NCBI GenBank assembly: GCA_020381345.1
Contig: GCA_020381345.1_3636.1
Length of the DNA stretch: 64,000 nt
Reading direction: 5' to 3' (one strand)
Source: a phage
Below are positions 1-9,193 of the stretch, piece after piece. Below the pieces are notes generated by a model that saw nothing but the letters and a program-made list of their open reading frames with translations, had not been told where the DNA came from and ran no database searches. The number at the start of each line of letters is the position of its first letter. Position 1 is the first letter of the stretch. Made by a program: the position numbers and the translations under genes.

Positions 1-109
1 AAAAAAAAAAATTTCTTCCGTGGTGTTGCAATCCGGTCCGGAATGTGGATAATAACAATCAACGGGGAGCTAATCCCCACCACCACAAAAACCAGAAAGG
101 AGAAACAAA

Positions 110-310
110 ATGAGCAACAATATCCGCGTTATTAACTTCAAAAAAGAAGAAAAAATTGCCGTGCTGATTGACGGTCAAGAAATCTTCAAGGGCGACTATG
201 AAGATCATCAAACGGCGATTAGTATCACTCGCGTGATTGGTTACCATAATTTTTACCCCCAAGGCGCTGAGGCAGCGGTTAAACGAATCAAAGAGATTGT
301 AGGCCTGTAA
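110..310 (+). CDS. hypothetical early protein (66 aa)
   Basis: ORF with RBS AAAGGAGA upstream of ATG; first of a same-strand array of small ORFs. Confidence 0.55.
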   Translation: MSNNIRVINFKKEEKIAVLIDGQEIFKGDYEDHQTAISITRVIGYHNFYPQGAEAAVKRIKEIVGL

Positions 311-403
311 AATTTATTTTTAGATGGCCTTGACTCCAGGGCCATCAATAAAGTAAATTTAAACCCTGTTAAAATACCACGCAGTTAACAAGGAGTGATA
401 GAC

Positions 404-703
404 ATGTTTATCCAGGCTAATAATCTTTATTTCTTTGATGGTCAGATCGTAGATGGTGTGGAAGTGGAGATCACCGGGTGCCCTGGCGGTCAGGCTATGA
501 CTTTTCGGAATAATGCCTTTGATGATTCTCATATCGTTATGAGAATGGAAGTTACGAAGCTGGATGACAAGAAAACACTTATTGACTATTCTGTGAAAGA
601 TCATCCAGACTACCACATGATCCATGGTGATTTGTGCACTGTTGACCGTGACAAGGTGGGCGGCATCGTGATCGCTATTGTGAACGATGTTTTCTCAAAC
701 TAA
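404..703 (+). CDS. hypothetical protein (99 aa)
   Basis: Track ORF 395..703 begins at GTG overlapping the RBS AGGAG (391-395); ATG at 404 is the likelier start. Confidence 0.55.
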   Translation: MFIQANNLYFFDGQIVDGVEVEITGCPGGQAMTFRNNAFDDSHIVMRMEVTKLDDKKTLIDYSVKDHPDYHMIHGDLCTVDRDKVGGIVIAIVNDVFSN

Positions 704-720
704 CTTCAGCAGGTGATTTT

Positions 721-1071
721 ATGAAAGTCAAACTATATTACCTTAATGAGCTTAACCCCCTTGCCCAGGTCCGCGCCCTAGCTAATACCTTGATTTGTGA
801 GAAATCTGTATATTGTGTTGAGCTTAACGCCATGCGTGAACGTCTCAAAGGTGGTTACTTTAACATCCATGCCGCCATCAACGGCCTGAATATGGAATTT
901 ATCCGTTTACGTAACAGCCGCCGGAATCTGGCAAGAATGGAACAAGATCCGGCCCACCTTCGTAAGCTGGTTATTGAAAATCATCTGATGTTTAATGCCG
1001 ATGGTGATTATTACCATTTTCACCGCAGACGCTGGTACCGTGGCGGCAATACAGACAAGAATGCAAAATAA
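721..1071 (+). CDS. hypothetical protein (116 aa)
   Basis: ORF followed by a strong hairpin terminator at 1110-1140. Confidence 0.55.
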   Translation: MKVKLYYLNELNPLAQVRALANTLICEKSVYCVELNAMRERLKGGYFNIHAAINGLNMEFIRLRNSRRNLARMEQDPAHLRKLVIENHLMFNADGDYYHFHRRRWYRGGNTDKNAK

Positions 1072-1109
1072 GGCCCCTAGCAGGGCCTGCAGCAATATAA
1101 TTACATAAA

Positions 1110-1140
1110 GGCCATGCGGTTGCATGGCCTTTATTATTTT
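1110..1140 (+). terminator. rho-independent terminator
   Basis: GGCCATGC-GGTT-GCATGGCC stem-loop followed by TTTATTATTTT. Confidence 0.7.
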
Positions 1141-1188
1141 GGCGTTACAACGGCATACGAGGCGCTTAAAAAATTTTTAAAGAAGTAC

Positions 1189-1216
1189 TTGCATCATTCC
1201 CGACAATATGGATAAT
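1189..1216 (+). promoter_or_regulatory. sigma70-like promoter
   Basis: TTGCAT, 16-nt spacer, GATAAT; upstream of ORF 1274. Confidence 0.45.
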
Positions 1217-1273
1217 AAGAGTTGTCGAGGGGGAGGCCCCCAATCATTGACCAGATAGATAGGAGTTAAAATC

Positions 1274-1558
1274 ATGGCTATTGTTACCGCTGGCGATGTA
1301 GTAGAAATGGAAGCAAAATACTTAAAAGCGGGTATGCATATCCTACGGAATGATCAAGAGTTATTATTAACGATGGTTGACTATAATCCCGGCCAGGATT
1401 ATCCAAGCATCGACTACTTTTTTGAGTATGTTGATGAAGAGTTAAAAGAGGATGAGGCCTATTGCGGTGAGTTCTGCAACTTCTTTTGTCCTGATGAGGT
1501 TGTAAAGGTTATTTATCAACCTGGCGTAGCTTTCCCGCTGCACGCTATCAATAAATAA
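1274..1558 (+). CDS. hypothetical protein (94 aa)
   Basis: ORF with RBS TAGGAG upstream. Confidence 0.55.
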   Translation: MAIVTAGDVVEMEAKYLKAGMHILRNDQELLLTMVDYNPGQDYPSIDYFFEYVDEELKEDEAYCGEFCNFFCPDEVVKVIYQPGVAFPLHAINK

Positions 1559-1613
1559 ACCTGGCGGGGCCGAAAAGGCCCCCAATTATGAAAATAAAGA
1601 GAGGTAAATCATC

Positions 1614-1847
1614 ATGATGGAACAAATTAAACGCGCTGAGGCTATTAATGGCAATGTGATCTATTTTGTCAGTAAAAACGAAAAAGGCGTACCATATGCG
1701 GCGGTAATAGTACAACCTGACGGCGATTATTGGTTTACTGTGTACGGCGCTTATTCTTTTGGGCGTCCAGTGCATGATAAAATTTTGAAAGTAGCGAACC
1801 CTACCGGGAAGAATATCACAGCAGAAAAATTTTTTGAAAATAGTTGA
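1614..1847 (+). CDS. hypothetical protein (77 aa)
   Basis: ORF with RBS AGAGAGGTAAA upstream; preceded by hairpin GGGGCCGAAAAGGCCCC. Confidence 0.55.
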   Translation: MMEQIKRAEAINGNVIYFVSKNEKGVPYAAVIVQPDGDYWFTVYGAYSFGRPVHDKILKVANPTGKNITAEKFFENS

Positions 1848-1871
1848 CATGACCGTATAAAACTGTAATAT
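1844..1871 (+). promoter_or_regulatory. sigma70-like promoter
   Basis: TTGACA, 16-nt spacer, TAATAT. Confidence 0.5.
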
Positions 1872-1922
1872 ATAAATCAAAGGGAGCAACAAGCCCCACC
1901 AACCACAAAGAGGATAAAAATC

Positions 1923-2102
1923 ATGGCTATTATTGCAAAGACCGAGATCGTAGGCTTAGATTCTATTCTCCTCGCATATGAGGAAGCTATAGAAATGTAT
2001 GTGGTTTCCTATGGTGAGTATATCCGTGAATATGAATCTATTGATCTAGCTTTTGAATGTTATATTCGCCAGGTTAATAAAGCGTACGATGATTATCGTT
2101 AA
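1923..2102 (+). CDS. hypothetical small protein (59 aa), not in ORF track
   Basis: Hand-translated ATG..TAA ORF just under the track length cutoff; RBS AAGAGGATAAAAATC-ATG with the same CA-rich leader as its neighbours. Confidence 0.45.
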   Translation: MAIIAKTEIVGLDSILLAYEEAIEMYVVSYGEYIREYESIDLAFECYIRQVNKAYDDYR

Positions 2103-2193
2103 AATAGTTTGACAACAAACAACCATCTAACAAAGCATAATACATAAGGTGGTAGAATGATCCGCCACCCGGAACAAAGAAGAGGTAAACACC

Positions 2194-2439
2194 ATGAAAA
2201 GCAATAAAGGTTATAACGGTTACAAAAACAAAACTCATTGGAATGTAAGCCTTTGGATTAATAACGATGAGTCATTGTACCGGTTGGCCCAAGGATTTAT
2301 TAACGCTAATGCTAATCGTAATGATGCGGCGCGGGATATGATGCTTTTTCTGGAGCTAACCGGACAAGATAAGACCCCGGACGGCTTCAAGTACAGCACT
2401 ACGGCGATCCGTGCCGCGATGGTTGGAATGAAACACTAA
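2194..2439 (+). CDS. hypothetical protein (81 aa)
   Basis: ORF with RBS AAGAGGTAAACACC-ATG. Confidence 0.55.
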   Translation: MKSNKGYNGYKNKTHWNVSLWINNDESLYRLAQGFINANANRNDAARDMMLFLELTGQDKTPDGFKYSTTAIRAAMVGMKH

Positions 2440-2516
2440 AAGCACATAGCCGCCTTACCCTGGGGCTGTGGTATCGGCCCCATGAATAAGGTTACTAACA
2501 GAAGAGAATAAACACT

Positions 2517-2621
2517 ATGAAACAGAAATTAATCGATGCAGTGATCTTGGTTATTGCCCTGGGTATTGGCCTGATTGCAACCATGTCTAATATGATCTTG
2601 TCTTCCAACGGTATCGGGTGA
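2517..2621 (+). CDS. small hydrophobic peptide (34 aa), not in ORF track
   Basis: Hand-translated MKQKLIDAVILVIALGIGLIATMSNMILSSNGIG; RBS AGAAGAGAATAAACACT-ATG; single predicted TM helix. Confidence 0.4.
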   Translation: MKQKLIDAVILVIALGIGLIATMSNMILSSNGIG

Positions 2622-2630
2622 GGTTGGCAA

Positions 2631-2846
2631 ATGATCACTAACAAAACAGGCAAAACAGAATTTTTACGCAACTTACAGATCGGCAAGCCTGAGATCTGGT
2701 ACTGCACTAAAACACCGCGTGACGAAATGAAAGACTTCACCGCCACGCTGCAACGGGTAAAGATATCTATCACGCAGAAAAAGGCCTTACTAGTGGTGGA
2801 AGGGGAGATCCCCCAAACCGTTGTTATAGTTGAGCGTACAGCATAG
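2631..2846 (+). CDS. hypothetical protein (71 aa)
   Basis: ORF with RBS GAGGT upstream. Confidence 0.5.
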   Translation: MITNKTGKTEFLRNLQIGKPEIWYCTKTPRDEMKDFTATLQRVKISITQKKALLVVEGEIPQTVVIVERTA

Positions 2847-2937
2847 TTTAATTTATACCGATACCCGAAAATTAACCAACAAAGCATAAACAGGCGGTTA
2901 CCGCCGCCTTAAACGTAGCAGAAAGAGGATAGACACA

Positions 2938-3228
2938 ATGAAAAAGATGATCGCAGTGGTTGCCCTGGTTGTTGGACTTAGTGCGCCTGCAATGGCTAAT
3001 GAGCTGGCAAAAGAGGTTAATCTAACGGATATTCATGCCGTCAATCGAATCGGGGTTACTTATCGCTTATGCCTTGCCACTAAAACTTTTAATGACGGTA
3101 CAACAGAGTACTACGGATTTGAGGGTATCCGGTGCGGTGAACTTGCTCGCGACCTTAAGGAAGATCCAGACCTGGAAGATTTGCCGATGACGGTAAACGG
3201 TAAAGCTTACGTAAACCGCCAACAATAA
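2938..3228 (+). CDS. hypothetical secreted protein (96 aa)
   Basis: N-terminal signal-peptide-like MKKMIAVVALVVGLSAPAMA; RBS AAAGAGGATAGACACA-ATG. Confidence 0.6.
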   Translation: MKKMIAVVALVVGLSAPAMANELAKEVNLTDIHAVNRIGVTYRLCLATKTFNDGTTEYYGFEGIRCGELARDLKEDPDLEDLPMTVNGKAYVNRQQ

Positions 3229-3244
3229 GTAAGGGAGATGTAAA

Positions 3245-3436
3245 ATGAATACTGAACAAGTTAGAAAGGTATTGGCGGTACTGCGTTATCATAATCATAG
3301 AAAGGTCATAGACGATCCTGATTATGTAGATTCAAGCCTGGAAGAAGACACGCTACAAGCTATCAGCCATATGCAAGAATTGCTTAAGCGCATGACAGAG
3401 AAAAACCGACCGGACTACATAGGGGGTAAAATATGA
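3245..3436 (+). CDS. hypothetical protein (63 aa)
   Basis: ORF with RBS AAGGGAG upstream. Confidence 0.5.
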   Translation: MNTEQVRKVLAVLRYHNHRKVIDDPDYVDSSLEEDTLQAISHMQELLKRMTEKNRPDYIGGKI

Positions 3437-3744
3437 TCGCTATTACGCCAACCGTTTTAGATTGGTATCGGCAACGCATAGCTCCTCCGCTGGCTATCTT
3501 CAAAGATGCGGAAGCAAAACAACGCCGGATCTCAATACATGAGATCATCAACCTTAACGCTGGAGGCACACCATACCGCCCAGGGCCTGGCCGTGAGATG
3601 GACAATACGTTAGCGATCCTGAAGATACGCCGTAAACGGTCCTCCCTTACGCTGGACTCCTTACACACAATGCAGTCTCCGTTCCAGGTGACCGGGAAAC
3701 GGATCGCCAGGTCCTGGACAAAGGCCAATGATCGGACCGTATAA
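3433..3744 (+). CDS. hypothetical protein (103 aa)
   Basis: ATG overlaps upstream stop as ATGA (translational coupling); RBS GGGGGTAAAAT. Confidence 0.5.
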   Translation: MIAITPTVLDWYRQRIAPPLAIFKDAEAKQRRISIHEIINLNAGGTPYRPGPGREMDNTLAILKIRRKRSSLTLDSLHTMQSPFQVTGKRIARSWTKANDRTV

Positions 3745-3775
3745 ATAAAAAGTGTTTTGGTACTGATTTTGGGGG

Positions 3776-3804
3776 TTGACTTGTTCGGCCCCTTTTGCTA
3801 TTCT
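3776..3804 (+). promoter_or_regulatory. sigma70-like promoter
   Basis: TTGACT, 17-nt spacer, TATTCT. Confidence 0.4.
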
Positions 3805-3880
3805 TATTAAACGGGCGGCACTTGGGAACAGGGGGAGACAATCACCGGACCTGCCTGTCATATAGGAACTATAAAAACCG

Positions 3881-3909
3881 TTGACATCTGCCAGGGGGTG
3901 GGGTAACAT
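3881..3909 (+). promoter_or_regulatory. sigma70-like promoter
   Basis: TTGACA, 17-nt spacer, TAACAT; upstream of ORF 3963. Confidence 0.45.
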
Positions 3910-3962
3910 TATCTTGAAGGGGCAAAAGTGCCCACACAACAACCAGAAGAGAGGAAAACATC

Positions 3963-4235
3963 ATGTCAAGCTGGATTAATCAAGAAGTCGAATCACGTTT
4001 TAATGCTATTTGGGATCTCATCGAAAAAGAGGACGGAACATCAAGCCCTTACCTCAATAATCTTGAATTCCATTTTGTGGAAGCGATGAACGCAGAACAT
4101 GATCACGAAGGTGGCGCGGATGAGTTCGCTAAAGGTTATGGCTTTAATAATGCCAACGAAATGATCGAGGCGGTTGTACTCCAGGCTGAGGAAGATTATC
4201 AATTAAAAACGCTTGAATTCTGCCGCCGCAAGTAA
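3963..4235 (+). CDS. hypothetical acidic protein (90 aa)
   Basis: ORF with RBS AGAGAGGAAAACATC-ATG. Confidence 0.55.
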   Translation: MSSWINQEVESRFNAIWDLIEKEDGTSSPYLNNLEFHFVEAMNAEHDHEGGADEFAKGYGFNNANEMIEAVVLQAEEDYQLKTLEFCRRK

Positions 4236-4296
4236 TAAGATAATGACACGGGCCAAAAGGCCCACCAAACCAGAACCACACAAAGAGGTAAACATC

Positions 4297-4560
4297 ATGA
4301 AACGTCTTGATCAGCTTAAACTAGTTCAGTACATGGCCTACAAAGTTCTTGAAGTCCAAAAAGGTAGCAAAAAAGAGGTTTGCGAGAAAGCATATAAGAT
4401 CTTTACCCGTAAAAAAGATGATTGGATGTTACGCCAGACTAAAAAAGCCGATATCTTGGGGTACCTGGAAGAAGAGATCCGACTTGAAGAGCAAGAAGAG
4501 ATCCGTCGCAGTGAGGCAGATTATCAGGCAGCTTGGGAAAACTGGATGAGTAACAAATAA
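4297..4560 (+). CDS. hypothetical protein (87 aa)
   Basis: Track ORF 4213..4560 starts at an upstream alternative codon; ATG at 4297 follows RBS AAAGAGGTAAACATC. Confidence 0.55.
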   Translation: MKRLDQLKLVQYMAYKVLEVQKGSKKEVCEKAYKIFTRKKDDWMLRQTKKADILGYLEEEIRLEEQEEIRRSEADYQAAWENWMSNK

Positions 4561-4627
4561 TACAACAAGTTACATGGTCAGGGGGCAATAAAGCCCCTTG
4601 ATTGCATAAAAATTATGCCATCCTTGG

Positions 4628-4656
4628 TTGACATGGATCGGCAGTTTTGCTATATT
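4628..4656 (+). promoter_or_regulatory. sigma70-like promoter
   Basis: TTGACA, 17-nt spacer, TATATT; upstream of ORF 4706. Confidence 0.5.
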
Positions 4657-4705
4657 CTTTTTTGAAGGGAAGTTGTAAGAAAATTAACTAAGAGGTAAAA
4701 ACACC

Positions 4706-5125
4706 ATGAGCATTAAATCTAATAATCCGGCATATAGCTTTGATAACGCTTTTTGTCACGGTCCGGCGGCGAAAGGATTCGAAATCGATGGTAAACTAAT
4801 TATTGTCAATGTTGACGGGGAAGAGGTTGCAGTATATCCGGTGGCAGACGTAAAAAGCCGTTTACAATGCCGCATTGATGTTACCGCCTATCAGCTTGAT
4901 CCGGTCCGCATAGTTGCCCTGGTCCTGGAAGAAGAAATTAAAGCCATGCACCATAGCAACAGGTTTATTGGTGACGCACAGGATAATATGAAGGTATGCC
5001 GCCATAAAGTTAATGAAGTGCTTAAAGAATATGGCTTTAAAGATCTGATGATCAAACGTGAGGAAAAATTCCGCTACCGTAACGACCTGGCAAATCGAAT
5101 CTATGAAATATACGAATCATTATAA
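4706..5125 (+). CDS. hypothetical protein (139 aa)
   Basis: ORF with RBS AAGAGGTAAAAACACC-ATG; last plus-strand gene before the non-coding region. Confidence 0.55.
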   Translation: MSIKSNNPAYSFDNAFCHGPAAKGFEIDGKLIIVNVDGEEVAVYPVADVKSRLQCRIDVTAYQLDPVRIVALVLEEEIKAMHHSNRFIGDAQDNMKVCRHKVNEVLKEYGFKDLMIKREEKFRYRNDLANRIYEIYESL

Positions 5126-5143
5126 TTTCTTAACTAAACTATC

Positions 5144-5172
5144 AGGGGCTTTAAAAGGTCCCTTTCTTTTTG
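5144..5172 (+). terminator. putative rho-independent terminator
   Basis: Imperfect stem AGGGGC/GTCCCT followed by TTCTTTTTG. Confidence 0.45.
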
Positions 5173-5776
5173 TCTGTATTTCTCCTACCACAAACGGCCC
5201 CACCTGGCAAGTGGAATAATTGACTAGCCATCAATCCCACACACTGTACAAATATACATGTAAAATAGCTATTGCATAATCTTTCATTGTGTGGTAGCAG
5301 GGCCATTTTTACACGTTTTTCCTTCCAAAATTGCACGTAATGCAGCTATTGCACAAAATTTAACCTGATGCATATCTTCAGTGTCTTGTCAACAACTAAA
5401 AATCTTTATAAGTCATACACTTACACAACCACAAAAGCGTGTTCTACGTGAAAAATCGGGTATAACTATAGCCACTAAATTCCAGAATTCACGTAGCGTC
5501 ACCATTCTATAGTCTGCTAAGCATTTATTCCAACCATAGAATAACGGAATAGTCAATACCTGCATAAAATAATTATTCGTTTAAACTGCATAACATAAAT
5601 CAGCCAGGGTGTCAACATTTTTCGTAAACAGTCCGAAATTGTCACGGTAAGTTATCATAAACAGAGAAATCTTTAGTCGTCTAATGTTTACTGTACATTA
5701 CTATACTGACTGGAATCATTAGATGACTAAGAGAAAGATAAGAAACAATTAACAGTCTAATTATATTAACGATAAC

Positions 5777-6051
5777 AATAACAGCGGTTAAAGTCATGGC
5801 GCGACGGAGTCGCGACATAATAACACCGAGTAACCCTCACCCCCGTGAGCGTTGCGAATGTTATTATGCCATGACTAAATCATTTCAACACGTAACTATA
5901 GGCATAACAACATTCCCTCGGTGTTATTATGTCGCTAGTTATTATATAACTGTTAACAATAACGCCTCGGGAATAGTTCTGCCTGCACGATGTTTATAAC
6001 AGCAAGTTATGATCAACATTTCACAGATTATAATAACAGCGGTTAAAGTCA
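5777..6051. repeat. 20-bp direct repeat AATAACAGCGGTTAAAGTCA, two copies
   Basis: Identical 20-mers at 5777-5796 and 6032-6051. Confidence 0.7.
5812..5935. repeat. perfect 19-bp inverted repeat flanking an 86-bp loop
   Basis: GCGACATAATAACACCGAG (5812-5830) is the exact reverse complement of CTCGGTGTTATTATGTCGC (5917-5935). Confidence 0.7.
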
Positions 6052-6709
6052 GGCGTAGAAACAGTGGAAGTGTAAACAGTCAATCATGTAAATGATAAGT
6101 ATGTGAACAGTTATCCATGTAAACTATTAGACATGCAAACAATCAGGTGTGCAAAAGTGTCAAGGGTGTCACCAGTATGTCAGACAAGTTTTCCTCCTCT
6201 TTGTCAAGTGCTGCATGAAAAATTTACAAACTGGTATGGTAGCATTTTTGCGGCCCTGTTTACATTCAGTAATGTATGTATAATCCTTGTTGTGTGGGCG
6301 TTTAGACGTCTAGACGGTTGGAAGTCCACAGGTCAATATCTAATCTATCGGCTGCTAACTATATCCCACACAAATAGTAAGAAATATAATTGTTATGCGT
6401 GTAAACAGTAACTCATGTTATCAATCCCTGTATGGATCGCCAGTGGTGCGCATAATGGGTATTATGTTAAATTGCCAGTAATGATAACTATTCTCACAAT
6501 GATAGGTATTCTCATTCCCCCACACAAGATAGGTTGCAAATGTTGTGCCACTGTGTGAACGGCCTCACCTATTAATTTGCCTCACTGCCTCGATATTTGA
6601 GAATTATTATAAGAATGAGAAGTATTCCCATTTCGTCCGCCTGGCAGCACTCCTGTAGGTCAGGTCAAAATCGGGAGAGAACTGGACCTGTTCAGATATT
6701 TCTGGCTGG

Positions 6710-7894
6710 CTCTTCAGGTCTGTGTGGGAAAAGCCGACCCCTCCGGCGGCGGGGAGGTGGTCAATTAAAAAATTTACGGGGTATATGAAGCGCTCTTCAG
6801 GTAAGGCATGTATTATGGGATGAAACCCTCTTCAGGCAATGATATTTGTGGGTGTGATATTTGCTGGAAAGCCAGATATGACGGGACTCCCGGCGGGGCA
6901 GGGGTAGTACAGACAGGGAAAATATGGGGATGTAGTTGGGTGAATTGATCGGTCAGGTAGGGTATGGAATATGTTACAGGTATGTTAAATATGGAGGGTG
7001 AATATCTGTAGGATTTGTGTGTAAAATCAAAGACTTAAGTGGTGTTGTGGTATTTTCTATAAATAATTCAAGTTTAATAGGTAATATTTGTCCCTATCCA
7101 CTTTGTGTGGTAAACAAATTCAGATGAGATTGGTTTACAAGTGTATACATAATATACAAATTAAAGATACAAGAAACCCCCCTCCCCCTTCGGCTACCAT
7201 TCACCTTTTCCTCTGACTGGTACTTAAACACTTATTCAGACTCTTCAGGTTATCACCCATATATCATATGGCAGTGACTGGTGTCCTCCGGCCCCTCTTT
7301 CGTCACCCGTCCGCTTCGCCATGCTAATGCCATAGCCAAAGGTTCGGTTGTTCACCCTGTTCACTCAGGTGTATCTCCATACCCCTTCAAACCGAAGAGA
7401 ACAGAAAACCCGAATTACTCGGTAAAAGAAAAGAGAAGAACTTAATTTTATCAGGATAGGCAAGAATGTCAAGGCATGACTGCTCACTAAACAAGCAAAC
7501 AGTCATGTGTGGGAGGTAAGTGATTGTGGTTGTAGGAAATTTAGTTGAAAGATGTGTTATAGGTGCTTCCAGCACTTTAGCCGGGCAGCTAATTGTGTGT
7601 CAGTCCAGCGGTTCATCCTCTACTTCACTGAAATCAATGTTCATGGTCTCTTCCCAACCATCGATCTCAGCACAAGAGTGGAGTTCTTTAGGGTTTACTC
7701 CCAAAGCCTCAGCAACAGAGTCTATATTTAACACCTCTGGCAGGTATGATTCATCGAATTCAAGGTAAATCAGGCCACGAGTATTGTCAGCTCCACCAAA
7801 TAGTTCTATCTTCATGAAATCTCCTTCGGAAAATGAGTGTGAACAGGATTATACGTCCCAATGCGCAGGAATTATGCACGTTTGCCTCTTCAGG
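6710..7894 (+). repeat. five same-strand copies of CTCTTCAGG
   Basis: Exact 9-mer at 6710, 6793, 6828, 7241 and 7886; copies at 6710, 6828 and 7886 are followed by TGTGGG and the one at 6793 by TGGG; two are followed by CCGGCGG(C)GGG tracts. Confidence 0.6.
7600..7815 (-). CDS. hypothetical acidic protein (71 aa)
   Basis: ORF track; strongly acidic composition. Confidence 0.45.
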   Translation of the reverse strand: MKIELFGGADNTRGLIYLEFDESYLPEVLNIDSVAEALGVNPKELHSCAEIDGWEETMNIDFSEVEDEPLD

Positions 7895-7933
7895 CCATGC
7901 TTTAGCATGAGGAACCTGTGTGGGCTCGGTGCT

Positions 7934-8146
7934 TCATAGTCTACCACCCCTGAACTCTTCGTGCTCAGGCATAATAGAGAACCAGATATCTACGATGTCT
8001 TCCCACGTTAGGTCATTAGCCTCAGGATCTACCTGGAGCGAAGATGGAGAATCTTCAGAATCGAAGTTTTCCTCTTTCACTGGCTCAGCCAAGGGACATA
8101 TAGTCACTCCTTTTGATGTCTCTTCAGATGCATGTGTGTTGATCAT
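7934..8146 (-). CDS. hypothetical acidic protein (70 aa)
   Basis: C-terminal part of track ORF 7934..8347; ATG at 8144-8146 overlaps the upstream peptide stop as ATGA. Confidence 0.45.
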   Translation of the reverse strand: MINTHASEETSKGVTICPLAEPVKEENFDSEDSPSSLQVDPEANDLTWEDIVDIWFSIMPEHEEFRGGRL

Positions 8147-8244
8147 GTTCCACCCGTGAGTATTCCGGCAACAGCCGCTATGGACGTAATGATCATCAGG
8201 ATCACCACTAAAACTTCGGACAATGTTTTCATTGTGTATTCCAT
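8143..8244 (-). CDS. small hydrophobic peptide (33 aa), not in ORF track
   Basis: Hand-translated MEYTMKTLSEVLVVILMIITSIAAVAGILTGGT; RBS GGAG 4 nt upstream. Confidence 0.4.
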   Translation of the reverse strand: MEYTMKTLSEVLVVILMIITSIAAVAGILTGGT

Positions 8245-8506
8245 ATTCTCCAAATGATGTGTGGATATTATCACTGGAGCGGTAATGTGTCAACAGAAAC
8301 GCCGCGAGGGTTTGGTTAAAATCCGAGCGTATGGTGATTTGGGTCAAAACGGACGTGCGTTCTCGCTACGCTCGAAAGAGAGATTTGTTTGTAGGCCGTC
8401 CTTAAACGCTCTATAATGAGATTATCTGCCCAAGGTATGCAATCGTGCACCAGATAAAGAAAAGGACGCCACAGAGCGTCCTAGGTGTCTTAAATTTGAT
8501 ATTTTG

Positions 8507-8818
8507 CTATACCCACGAGGGCTTATCAAGATTGGAGTAGCTGAAAGGTGTCAAAAGGTGACTGTCAAAATCTCTCAAACTATCCAAATCTTTTTCCTCG
8601 TCCTGACACCATCTGTGCCTACATTTATTGTTGTAGTGCATGGAATGCATAGCGTTCTGCAACTTAACAGGTACAAGTGATTCAGGAGTAGATAGTATTG
8701 TAGGGTATGCCAGAACCACCTCAAACAGTGGAAACACATCGAAACTAAAGTCTACCTCTGCAGAGGTTGATGGCATATAGGAGTATTTAGCCGCCTTTGT
8801 AGACATAATCCACCTCAC
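8507..8818 (-). CDS. hypothetical protein (103 aa)
   Basis: ORF track. Confidence 0.5.
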   Translation of the reverse strand: MRWIMSTKAAKYSYMPSTSAEVDFSFDVFPLFEVVLAYPTILSTPESLVPVKLQNAMHSMHYNNKCRHRWCQDEEKDLDSLRDFDSHLLTPFSYSNLDKPSWV

Positions 8819-9141
8819 ACAGGTTTGATAATACCTTCACCTAATAACTCTTCATATCTAATCTTATCCGGATCCCACTCCTGGATAATTTCGAAGACAA
8901 TATCCAACCCAGGAATAATCACTTCTCCAGTGTCAAGTTTGGCAAGAACAAAACCAGAAGGCTGAATGGTTTCCCAGTTGCGACGATTGGAATAGAAGAC
9001 CTCGAAAATATCACCGACCTTGATCTGTTGATCAAGATGTTCAAGATTCTCTTTCATATAGACGCAGCGGATTTTTCGTGCAGGCCATAGACCACCTGCA
9101 TCACGTTCATTTAGCTCTTTCACAGTGATTGGCATTCTCAT
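8815..9141 (-). CDS. hypothetical protein (about 108 aa)
   Basis: Track ORF 8815..9192 would read through an intergenic hairpin; the internal ATG at 9141 has RBS AAGGA. Confidence 0.45.
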   Translation of the reverse strand: MRMPITVKELNERDAGGLWPARKIRCVYMKENLEHLDQQIKVGDIFEVFYSNRRNWETIQPSGFVLAKLDTGEVIIPGLDIVFEIIQEWDPDKIRYEELLGEGIIKPV

Positions 9142-9193
9142 AGCTGGTTCCTTTTGCAAATAGTGAAAGAGGGGCCGTAGCCCCTCTGCCATA

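Noticed and set aside
2109-2159. Promoter from TTGACA at 2109 paired with TGGTAGAAT at 2151
   Set aside because: Spacing between the elements is far too long for a single sigma70 promoter
5796-6788. Track ORFs 5796-5999, 6103-6411 and 6597-6788 inside the non-coding region
   Set aside because: Cys-rich or low-complexity translations with no RBS, overlapping repeat elements; judged spurious
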